Below, piece after piece: positions 28,901 through 36,921 of a stretch of 64,000 nt of DNA; the stretch's first letter is position 1; each line of letters starts with the position of its first letter. Under the pieces are notes generated by a model. That model saw only the letters and a program-made list of their open reading frames with translations, had not been told where the DNA came from and did no database searches. A program made the translations under genes and the position numbers. The stretch is from a virus (taxonomy: Duplodnaviria > Caudoviricetes): positions 14,330 through 78,329 of IMG/VR virus record IMGVR_UViG_3300014205_009256. One strand, written 5' to 3'.

Positions 28901-30937
28901 GACTTGGATGTTGTCGGGGCGGTTTCTGTTCAGTTCGATCTGGTTGATGGTGGCATTGAAGCGGTCGTCATGGGCGCGAAGGGCTTGGAGGACTTGCCAG
29001 ACGACTTTGTATTTCTCGTTGTTTTTGAGGGCATCTTCGGGCTTCATGTCGGCGGGGATGCCGATGGGCAGGATGATGTAGCCGAAGCGTTTGCCTTCGG
29101 CGCGACGCATGACCCGGCCGACGGATTGGACAACGTCGATGACGGAATTTCGGGGATTGAGGAACATGACCGCGTCGAGTGCGGGGACATCGACGCCTTC
29201 CGAAAGACAGCGGGCATTGGAAAGGATGCGGCAGGTGTTGGCGGGCGATTCGGCTTTGAGCCAGTCCAGTAAAGCGCCGCGTTCAAGGGCGTTGTAGGTG
29301 CCATCCACATGGTCGGCTTCGACGACAAGTAGATTGTCGGCGTCGGGGTGTTCTTCTTTGTAGGCGTCGATGATCTGGCCAAACTTGGCGACAAAGGCCT
29401 CGGAGTCTTTGATGGAGCGTGAAAAGGCGACGGCGCGGCGCATGGGTTGGACATCGCCTTGGAAGTCAACATCGGCGCTGGCGGCTTCAAATCGCTTTTC
29501 GAGGCCGTTCCAGCAGCCGGTGATACGGGTCGCATCGTCGAGATTGAGTTCGCTGTTTTTGTCGGCGATTTGTTTCTGGAAAGTTTCCGCAACGTATTTT
29601 TCATCTACGGCAAGGACGAGGACTTTGTAGTCGGACAGGAGGGATTTGCCGACTGCTTGACCGAATCCGAGGCGGTGGAGTTCCAGACCGAACAGGGCCG
29701 GGTCATCCATCGAGGCGAGTTCGGCGGCGGCGTCTTTGGCTTTTGATTTGGCATCGTCGCCGTAGATGCGAGGGGTGGCGGTCATGTAGAGGCGCTTGGC
29801 CGATTTGATGAAGTTCGCATCGTGGACTTTAACGAAATGGGATTCGTCTTCGCCGGTGAGAGTGACGCCGGTGGTGCGGTGGGCTTCGTCGCAGATGATG
29901 AGGTCGAAGTCGGGCAGGCCTGATTTCTGGGCTTGGGAGACGGCATCAATGGATTGGTAGGTTGAAAACACGACGGTCATTTGTGAGTCGGCCTTGGGCT
30001 TGGCGGACTTGCTGGTGAGGATTTTGTATTGGGTGACAAGTTGCCGGGCGTTGGTGGTAGCGGGGAAGGCGAGGTCGTGGACGGTGATATCTTCGTTGTC
30101 GTCCTTGGACTTTTCACGGCGCTTGCCGATGTTGATGTCCGAGCAGACAGCGAGGGCGTGAATCGGATGCTCGGCTTCGGCGGTCCACTCGCGGAGAGAT
30201 TGTGAAAGCAGAGATAGCGAGGGGACAAGGAACAGGATTCGCCCGCTGGGTGCGAGGGTTTCGGCGATCTTGAGCGACGTGAAGGTTTTGCCGGTGCCGC
30301 AGGCCATGATGAGTTTGCCTCGGTCGGCAGTGGCCAGGCCTTGGATCACATCGTCAAGCGCATGTTTCTGATGTTCGCGGAGCTTCTTTTTGGGCAGGAG
30401 TTCGAGGTCTTGCGGGCGTTTGGCATCAAAGCGGGACCAGTTGATGGGACTTGCTTCAAGGTCGTGGATGCTCAGGCGGGTAACGGGTTTGGTCTGATGG
30501 TTGAGTGCATCTTCGGCGTTCGTTCCCCATTTGTCGGTGGTTGAGACGATGATGCCGGATGTGAACTGTTCCCGGCCCATGGCTGTGAAGAATGAGTCAA
30601 TGTCGCCCTTGGCGAGGGTGTGTTCGGGGAGGTAGAACTTGCATTGGATGGCGATGTATTCACCGGTGGCGCGATCGCGTGCGACAAGGTCGATGCCAAC
30701 ATCGCCGACGTTGCCTTTGTCGGGCCATTCGTTCCACATCCAGACTTTGGAGAAGCGATCAGCGTAGATGGGATCGAGTTCAAAGAACCGGACCATCAGG
30801 CGTTCAAAGCGGTCGCCAAGATCGCGGTTGGTTCGTGCTTCGGTGCGGAGTTGGTCGAGGATTCTGTTGAGATTTGTGCTCAAAGTTGCCTGCCATCCAT
30901 GGTCGGGTCCATCGGTGTCACTTTCATTCATGACCAC
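25988..30937 (-). CDS. Type ISP restriction-modification enzyme (LlaGI/LlaBIII-like)
   Basis: Single polypeptide: Mrr-like nuclease (GIDLVA...AIQCKFY), SF2 helicase (MACGTGKT, DEAHR, LSEGVDVP), MTase (DPFTGTG, NPPY), C-terminal TRD. Confidence 0.93.
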   Translation of the reverse strand: MVMNESDTDGPDHGWQATLSTNLNRILDQLRTEARTNRDLGDRFERLMVRFFELDPIYADRFSKVWMWNEWPDKGNVGDVGIDLVARDRATGEYIAIQCKFYLPEHTLAKGDIDSFFTAMGREQFTSGIIVSTTDKWGTNAEDALNHQTKPVTRLSIHDLEASPINWSRFDAKRPQDLELLPKKKLREHQKHALDDVIQGLATADRGKLIMACGTGKTFTSLKIAETLAPSGRILFLVPSLSLLSQSLREWTAEAEHPIHALAVCSDINIGKRREKSKDDNEDITVHDLAFPATTNARQLVTQYKILTSKSAKPKADSQMTVVFSTYQSIDAVSQAQKSGLPDFDLIICDEAHRTTGVTLTGEDESHFVKVHDANFIKSAKRLYMTATPRIYGDDAKSKAKDAAAELASMDDPALFGLELHRLGFGQAVGKSLLSDYKVLVLAVDEKYVAETFQKQIADKNSELNLDDATRITGCWNGLEKRFEAASADVDFQGDVQPMRRAVAFSRSIKDSEAFVAKFGQIIDAYKEEHPDADNLLVVEADHVDGTYNALERGALLDWLKAESPANTCRILSNARCLSEGVDVPALDAVMFLNPRNSVIDVVQSVGRVMRRAEGKRFGYIILPIGIPADMKPEDALKNNEKYKVVWQVLQALRAHDDRFNATINQIELNRNRPDNIQVIGVGDPREASDTPKSSGDSKPKLREIQGAFAFPHLDEWKDAIYAKMVKKCGDRAYWETWARDIARIAEQHITRIKALIDDKHSPHKQAFAEFLQGLQQNLNPAVSREDAIEMLAQHSITKPVFDALFAHYTFTAHNPVSQSMQKMLDLLHEKSIEKEASTLEKFYESVRDRAKGLDNAEARQKVVIELYEEFFKNAFPRMAERLGIVYTPVEVVDFIIHSVQDILRDEFNSGLGEKDVHIIDPFTGTGTFLVRLLQSGLIPPDKLLHKYKNELHANEIVLLAYYIAAINIEETFHGLMTTDEKKTQYEPFEGIVLTDTFQLYEAKQGQIAGTFPENSKRAKRQQQSPIRVVIANPPYSAQQQSANDDNANLDYPALDSRIRGTYADKSNAPNVKNLYDSYIRAIRWASDRINDKGVVGFVTNGSFIDANNMDGLRACLADEFTSVYIFNLRGNQRTSGETSRQEGGKIFGSGSRAPIAITLLIKNPAHKSKCKLHYHDIGDYLSRDEKLKIIRRFASIDGLAKQAKWTKIKPNPEHDWINQRDPAFELFTPLGNKRDETGTPYFADYTQGLLTARDKWCYNFGREALNANVRRMLDTYSADLIVVSEIIVGMDKSKRADAINSAICTDPKRISWSRGLKNDLVSGNTIEFRSDAALQSIYRPYAKQWLYYDRTLNEYPARIPSLFPQGRHPNLAISVDSRGSTKEFSTLMVDTLPDYELISKGQCFPLYLYEKVEDIGKLGFDDGEIIDGYRRRDAITDGILKTFRNAYGKKVSKEDIFYYVYGILHSPEYRERFAADLKKMLPRIPLTKETEDFWAFSKAGRSLAEWHLNYETVEPWPLVENVDKLALDPDELFKVKKMTFARPSAEQKEAGDKYDKTRIIYNSHLTISHIPLEAYEYVVNGKPALEWIMERYQVTRDKDSGIVNDPNDWCREHDNPRYIVDLIARVTRVSIETMKIVNALPALNERPA

Positions 30938-31056
30938 GTTCTATCCAATAAAAGAGATTAGTCAACCATTCTACCCACGAACCCGGTAGTTAACAGATAG
31001 AGGAATCTGCATCGTGCCGATTCCCGACATTCTGTTGCCAGGCAGCGCCCCGGTCC

Positions 31057-31084
31057 CCAAGGGAAGGTCGTTGCGGGCATCGCC
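31057..31084 (+). repeat. 28-bp imperfect direct repeat, copy 2; 5' arm of a long hairpin covering RBS and ATG at 31102
   Basis: CCAAGGGAAGGTCGTTGCGGGCATCGCC; pairings GCGGG/CCCGC, CATCG/CGATG, CTCTC/GAGAG. Confidence 0.75.
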
Positions 31085-31101
31085 TCTCATGGAGAGCGCC
31101 G

Positions 31102-31314
31102 ATGGCTACCCGCACTGATCCGACCGACCCCGCCAATCTCACCTCCAGCGAACGCCTCACGGAAGTCGCCGCAATTCTCGCGGCGGGCATCATCCGCCTG
31201 CGCCGGCGCGCTGCGCTATCTGCCGCTCAAGGCGATTCACAGATTCCTCCGGAATCCGGCCAGAATGGCCTTGATGTCTGTCCCGAATTCCGGCTTCATG
31301 GACAACGTGGTTAA
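31102..31314 (+). CDS. Small hypothetical protein preceding DUF2924
   Basis: 70 aa, ERLTEVAAILAAGIIRL; RBS GGAGAG. Confidence 0.6.
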   Translation: MATRTDPTDPANLTSSERLTEVAAILAAGIIRLRRRAALSAAQGDSQIPPESGQNGLDVCPEFRLHGQRG

Positions 31315-31335
31315 CGCCACAGATAGGAGTTTCCA

Positions 31336-31839
31336 ATGACGATGACTATGAAAAGCGAACTGGCGGCCCTGGTGCAGATGACGCCGCGTCAGCTCCGCGA
31401 CAAATACATGGAACTGTTCGGCGAACCCAGCCGGTCGGGCAACAAAGATTTCCTGCGCAAACGACTGGCCTGGCGGCTGCAATCGCTGGCCGAGGGCACG
31501 CTATCTGAGCGGGCACGGCAGCGGGCGGTGGAATTGGCCCATCATGCCGACATTCGTATGACGATGCCACGTCCGCCGCAGACCACCGCCGGTGCGGCCA
31601 CAACGACCAAAACCGCCCCGACGCGCCGTGACGAACGTGTGCCCATTCCCGGCACCGAATTGACTCGCGAATACAAGGGGCGTTTGATCACCGTCATGGT
31701 GCTGGCCAAGGGGTTTGAGTGGGATGGCAAGGTGTACCGGTCCCTCAGCGCCGTGGCCAAGGCGGTGACCGGGTCGCATTGGAGCGGCCACCTGTTCTTC
31801 AACCTGAGCAATGGAGTGTGCGATGTCGAAAAAGCGTAA
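31336..31839 (+). CDS. DUF2924 family protein
   Basis: LRKRLAWRLQ, PGTELTREYKG, YRSLSAVAKAVTGSHWSG. Confidence 0.9.
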   Translation: MTMTMKSELAALVQMTPRQLRDKYMELFGEPSRSGNKDFLRKRLAWRLQSLAEGTLSERARQRAVELAHHADIRMTMPRPPQTTAGAATTTKTAPTRRDERVPIPGTELTREYKGRLITVMVLAKGFEWDGKVYRSLSAVAKAVTGSHWSGHLFFNLSNGVCDVEKA

Positions 31840-33397
31840 CAGTGCGTCCGAGACAGCAACCAAGGCGCAGGTCCGATGCGCGATTTACACCCGCAAGTCG
31901 TCGGAAGAAGGCCTGGAGCAGGATTTCAACTCGCTGGATGCCCAACGCGACAGTGGCGAAGCGTACATCGCGGCGCAGAAACACGAGGGGTGGGTCTGCC
32001 TGCCCGATCGATACGACGATGGCGGTTTCACCGGCGGCAACATGGATCGCCCCGCCGCTCAGCGACTGGTGAAGGACATTGAAGCCGGCAAGGTGGATTG
32101 TGTGATTGTCTATAAGGTAGATCGCCTGTCACGCTCGCTGGCGGACTTCGCCCGGTTGATGGATGTCTTCGAAAAGCACCATGTCACCTTCGTATCCGTC
32201 ACCCAGGCCTTCAATACCACCCACAGCATGGGAAGGTTGACCCTTAATATCCTACTCTCGTTCGCGCAGTTCGAGCGTGAAATCATCTCTGAGCGCACAC
32301 GCGACAAGATCGCGGGCGCACGGCGTAAGGGGAAATTCGCCGGCGGCAGGCCCATCCTCGGCTACGACATCGTCCGCACCCCCAGCGGGTCTAAGTTGGT
32401 GGTGAACAACGCGGAAGCCAAATGCGTCCGTGAAATCTTCGGGTTGTACCTGCAACATCAGTCACTCATCCCCACCGTGAAAGAGATGGCCAACCGGGGG
32501 TGGACCACCAAGCTGTGGCAGACGAAGAAAGGCCGGTCGGTCGGCGGCCGGGCATTCGACAAGAACCTGCTGTACCACCTGCTGACCAACGTGGTGTACG
32601 TCGGCAAGATACGCCACCACGACCAAGTTTACGCGGGCGAGCATGACGCCATCGTTGATGAGCAGACATGGCAGCGCGTCCAGTCCATGTTGCAACACAA
32701 CGGTCGGACAGGTGGGAGCGAACCGAGGAACAAGCATGGTGCGTTGCTGCGGGGCATCCTGCGCTGCGTCCCCTGCAACTGCTCGATGGTTCATACGTTC
32801 ACATGCCGCCAGACCAAACGGTATCGGTATTACGTCTGCCTCAAGGCGCAGAAACGCGGCTGGCACACCTGCCCGACCAAGTCTGTCCCCGCCGGGGAGA
32901 TTGAAAAGTTCGTCATCGACCAGATCAGGTCGGTCGGACGCGACCCCACCGTGTTGGCAGAGACACTTCGCCAGGCGAAGGGCCAGAACAGCCGGAATCT
33001 GGCCGATCTGCAGGCGCAGGAGCAGGCCCTTCAGCGGGAATTGGGCCAGTGCAACACCTCGCTGAAGAAACTCGCCGCTGGCAGCGATGAGCCGACCACA
33101 GTGGCGGCGCTGGCGGATGTGCAGGATCGCATGCGCCGCGCCGAACAGCGCCTCACCGAGATTCGCCAGCAGATCGGGACGCTGAGCGGCGAAGTGGTCG
33201 ACGAACGTGAGGTCGCCACCGCGTTATCAGTCTTCGACCCGGTGTGGGATACGCTCAGCCCGCGCGAGCAGGCCCGCATCGTCAACCTGCTGGTCGAGCG
33301 GGTCGACTACGACGGCGAAAATGAAACGGTCGCGGTGACCTTCCGCCCCAATGGCATCAAAACGCTTGCGCAGGAAATTAACGAGGTAGCAGCATGA
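31823..33397 (+). CDS. Large serine recombinase
   Basis: CAIYTRKSS catalytic Ser, YKVDRLSRS, recombinase domain, zinc ribbon (RCVPCN...YYVC...C), coiled coil. Confidence 0.95.
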   Translation: MSKKRNSASETATKAQVRCAIYTRKSSEEGLEQDFNSLDAQRDSGEAYIAAQKHEGWVCLPDRYDDGGFTGGNMDRPAAQRLVKDIEAGKVDCVIVYKVDRLSRSLADFARLMDVFEKHHVTFVSVTQAFNTTHSMGRLTLNILLSFAQFEREIISERTRDKIAGARRKGKFAGGRPILGYDIVRTPSGSKLVVNNAEAKCVREIFGLYLQHQSLIPTVKEMANRGWTTKLWQTKKGRSVGGRAFDKNLLYHLLTNVVYVGKIRHHDQVYAGEHDAIVDEQTWQRVQSMLQHNGRTGGSEPRNKHGALLRGILRCVPCNCSMVHTFTCRQTKRYRYYVCLKAQKRGWHTCPTKSVPAGEIEKFVIDQIRSVGRDPTVLAETLRQAKGQNSRNLADLQAQEQALQRELGQCNTSLKKLAAGSDEPTTVAALADVQDRMRRAEQRLTEIRQQIGTLSGEVVDEREVATALSVFDPVWDTLSPREQARIVNLLVERVDYDGENETVAVTFRPNGIKTLAQEINEVAA

Positions 33398-33822
33398 CCA
33401 CAACACAAACGAGTCTGACCGTCGAAACCAAGGTTCATTTCACGCAGGCGCGGCGCGGGCGCAAACAAATCGGCGTTTGCCAAACATCCGACCCGGCACC
33501 GGTCGTCGCTGGCCGGGTTCCACGCCTATCCCGGCTCATGGCGCTGGCGATTCGCTTCGACGGCCTGCTGGCGCGTGGCGAAGTCCGCGATTATGCCGAC
33601 CTGGCCCGCCTCGGCCACGTCACCCGCGCCCGCGTGACTCAGATCATGAACCTGCTGAATCTTGCGCCGGATATCCAGGAGGCGATTCTGTTTCTCCCGC
33701 CCATGGGAGCCGGAAAAGACCCAATCAAGGAATGGGAAGTACGGCCGATCGCGGCCACGCCGGTTTGGCGCAACCAACGAAGGTTCTGGGCAACCCTCCG
33801 TGCCCAGTCGCGTCTCGACTGA
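33394..33822 (+). CDS. Recombinase-associated HTH-like protein
   Basis: ADLARLGHVTRARVTQIMNLLNLAPDIQE; ATGA coupling to recombinase. Confidence 0.8.
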   Translation: MTTTQTSLTVETKVHFTQARRGRKQIGVCQTSDPAPVVAGRVPRLSRLMALAIRFDGLLARGEVRDYADLARLGHVTRARVTQIMNLLNLAPDIQEAILFLPPMGAGKDPIKEWEVRPIAATPVWRNQRRFWATLRAQSRLD

Positions 33823-33999
33823 TCAACCCGACCCCCTTCAATTTTGCGGTAGTCACAGCTGTTGCTCGTGTTTTCCACATCTCCGATAATGCCGAGTTGG
33901 GCCAAGGCGCTCTCAAGTCCAGTGGAGTTGGGAGTTTGGATGCCCAGCGTGAGTGTTCCGCCATAGCGCATGGCTGGTACTGGGATACGAGGAACGTGA

Positions 34000-36843
34000 A
34001 TGTCCAACGAGGATCATGAGCTGCCAGATGACGTGCTGCTGGAAATATGCCGCGTGTCGAGGGACCACACGGAATTCAGTGACGAATTGCTCGCCGACCT
34101 CCGTGCGGTGTCGCGTCTGGTCGGCAAAGGCCCCTCTCCTCAAGGAACTCAACTACCGCATGCGGTGTCGTTAATGATCGCAGCTGTGGCGAAACTGCCA
34201 CAGTTCAACCCAAAACACCTGCCCTTCGGTTACGACGGGCCGACCATTCAGTCGCACGGATGGATCGAACGGGAATCGCTGGAACGATTGGCAAAGCAGA
34301 TCGCCGGTCTCCGATGGGCCGACACCGAACCTGCTGCCGTGGCCAACGAGGTCGCCAATGCCGTCAGTGAGGCTGTCAAACTGGGCTTCCTGGATGAGAA
34401 GGACTACGACGCGTGGCAGCCCGGCATGGCATCGGGATCGGGTTGGCGGTCGGCCCTTTCCGTTACGGCGTACGGCGTGACCAAGGCGCGATCCGCATCC
34501 AATGGCAATGGTTCCAAGCAGCAGAAGTCTCCCGCCACCAACAAACCCCAGGTTTTCTACTTGATCTGTTCTTCGTCCAAGCCACCAACGCTCGGTCAAG
34601 GCACGGTGTTCTACAAGACCACCGACGGCACGGTTGCACAATCGCTGTGTCGCCTCTTCGCCAAGGAATATGGAGGCAACGGGGCGCAGCATCACTTTGC
34701 GGCCGCGCCAGGCGCGGAGGTGTCGTTAGACGATCAGATACTGCTCGATGAAGTCTTGGACGAGCTTGAGATATACGAAGATCCAGACCGTGGCGTTTAC
34801 GATCCGCCGCCGACCCAGGAGACGATGGACCGCGTGCAGTTTGCTCATCGCGCCACCACATGGGAGGCGATGATCCAATCGCGGCCGTCGGCCCTCGCCC
34901 CCGCCGAGAACGTTAGACCCGGTCCGAGGGTAAGCCCGGAGCCTACAGTCAGTATCACGCCTCCGTTCTCGGATTCCGAGGAACTGAATGCCGTGTTCGC
35001 GGACACCAATCAGTGTCTTCAGGCATTGCGGGCGATTGGCGGTCACTACAACTATCTGACCTCGCTCGAACGAGCCGGCAAAGTGCGCGGCTTGAGAGGG
35101 CCGGTGGACGGGATGCAGTTCGCGAGCGAGGATGATCGTCGCGCCTGCGACGATGTCGAAAAACAAATCAGCGCCGCTGTAAAGGTCTTGTGGAAGCCTC
35201 TGGCCCGAGTCTTGGCGTGGGGGCGCGACCAGCGGCTGGAGCTCCCTTTCGATGCGGGCGACTTGACCTCGCAGATACCATGTTCGTGGTGGGATGAGGG
35301 TGAGGATCGCGGCTATTACGAATATTACGCATGTACATGTGAGCATTACCAAGGGGCGCTGGATCAGGTATCCAAGGCCGTCACCGTCGTGGCGCGAAAA
35401 GACTCGGTGGCACACATCGTCATCGAGTCATTTCCACCTGCCCCGCCTGACGCAATAGCCGACGTAACCATGTTGACATTGCGTGAACGGCAGATCGTGC
35501 TCGATACCCTGAGGAAGGCAACGCCCGACTTCACGGTGGTGTTCAGTGTTCTCTATGAAGCTCACCTCCCGCCCTCCGACCTGATCCTGTTCCAGCGACA
35601 ACGTGATTCGCTCCAGGCGCAGTTTCCGGGATGGAGGGTGAGCGGCTGCCAAAGTGAAGACCTCGCCACGTTCAAGGCGATGTCGAACTCAGAAGACATC
35701 ATCCAGCGAGTAATCGCCATGCGGGAACCAAACAAAGATGAGCGACAACCCCCTAAGACAACAACCGACGACCAGACAACACTGGAATCCGCTCACAGCC
35801 ATGTCGTCTCATTGCACGCGCATACGAAAATGCCGGATAGACATGCGGCGCAAAATGCTACTTGTGACCAAGGAATATCTATGGGGATCGGCACATCGCC
35901 GTCGCTTGCAAATGAGTACCTCACAGGTGTAGCACGCTGGGCGAATCAGATTGACTCCTCACAATTGCGATTAGCATTGCGCGATCGCCTCACAAAAGCC
36001 TTGGCCCACGTTTGCCTCGCTATGAGTCTGGTGGATGACCTCGACGCGTTCGAAGAGAGCAGGCCGGAAACCGGTTCCCTGATGTGCGAGGACACGACCA
36101 CTGGCGTTACGGTCTTCTCTGACGATGACTTGCAGAGCCGATACACTGGCTTGGAGAAGGACCTTGTGGCCAGCGTCTCCAAAGCAAACGCCACCTATCA
36201 GATCGTTGCTGCTTCCCGGGATATTCCTGCTACAGCGAAGGATAGCACGGAGTACCTACTGAAGTGGCTTTTTCATATGAAGCTGGAACGAACTGCTCAT
36301 CCTGCATCGCCGCGCGATGAATACTGGCACGATGGTGCTGTGACTCCGCCCTGGGGACAATTCTGGGTACTCGAAATCCGGCTGTTGCTTCGTCTCAGGT
36401 TGATCCAGGTTTCCGAGCATCTGATGCACGAGCGTGAGCAACTGAGTAAGCATGAACCGGCGAGTGATCCAGCCAAAGGGGCCGAGGCGCCCGGTTCCAG
36501 CGCCACGCACGTCGATGCGCGTAACGGCGATGGTTTGAAGGATGGCCCGGATCACGCTGAAACGGATTCGCATTCTGATACCGAGATCGAACAGCTAGAA
36601 ACCACGACCCCGCCGCTAAACATGGGGACCGGACAGTGGGTGACCAACAAAGTGGCCGCTACCCTTGAAGGAATAAAAGCCTCCAGCCTGGCCGACTACC
36701 GTAAAACCAGCAAGAAAGGAATCAAGAATCAATCCGGGAGGCTGGGCCGGGATTGCCACGGCAGAATATGGCGTCGTCCGGGCACGCCGCATGCTCACGT
36801 ATGGTATTGGAAACAATCCCTTATCGGCTCTAACACGACATAG
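34000..36843 (+). CDS. 947-aa mosaic hypothetical protein
   Basis: N module like 6170-7138; internal GVYDPPPT module and C-terminal DCHGRIWRR module like 36922-39159. Confidence 0.75.
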   Translation: MSNEDHELPDDVLLEICRVSRDHTEFSDELLADLRAVSRLVGKGPSPQGTQLPHAVSLMIAAVAKLPQFNPKHLPFGYDGPTIQSHGWIERESLERLAKQIAGLRWADTEPAAVANEVANAVSEAVKLGFLDEKDYDAWQPGMASGSGWRSALSVTAYGVTKARSASNGNGSKQQKSPATNKPQVFYLICSSSKPPTLGQGTVFYKTTDGTVAQSLCRLFAKEYGGNGAQHHFAAAPGAEVSLDDQILLDEVLDELEIYEDPDRGVYDPPPTQETMDRVQFAHRATTWEAMIQSRPSALAPAENVRPGPRVSPEPTVSITPPFSDSEELNAVFADTNQCLQALRAIGGHYNYLTSLERAGKVRGLRGPVDGMQFASEDDRRACDDVEKQISAAVKVLWKPLARVLAWGRDQRLELPFDAGDLTSQIPCSWWDEGEDRGYYEYYACTCEHYQGALDQVSKAVTVVARKDSVAHIVIESFPPAPPDAIADVTMLTLRERQIVLDTLRKATPDFTVVFSVLYEAHLPPSDLILFQRQRDSLQAQFPGWRVSGCQSEDLATFKAMSNSEDIIQRVIAMREPNKDERQPPKTTTDDQTTLESAHSHVVSLHAHTKMPDRHAAQNATCDQGISMGIGTSPSLANEYLTGVARWANQIDSSQLRLALRDRLTKALAHVCLAMSLVDDLDAFEESRPETGSLMCEDTTTGVTVFSDDDLQSRYTGLEKDLVASVSKANATYQIVAASRDIPATAKDSTEYLLKWLFHMKLERTAHPASPRDEYWHDGAVTPPWGQFWVLEIRLLLRLRLIQVSEHLMHEREQLSKHEPASDPAKGAEAPGSSATHVDARNGDGLKDGPDHAETDSHSDTEIEQLETTTPPLNMGTGQWVTNKVAATLEGIKASSLADYRKTSKKGIKNQSGRLGRDCHGRIWRRPGTPHAHVWYWKQSLIGSNTT

Positions 36844-36921
36844 AAAATCATCGACTCAATACTGGTGATCTAACACCGCAACGCTCCTTCACATACCGAC
36901 CTCCAGAACTGGCAGACAAAT

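Noticed and set aside
33823-33999. Serine recombinase att site downstream of the recombinase module
   Set aside because: No matching second half-site or clear dyad could be identified by eye
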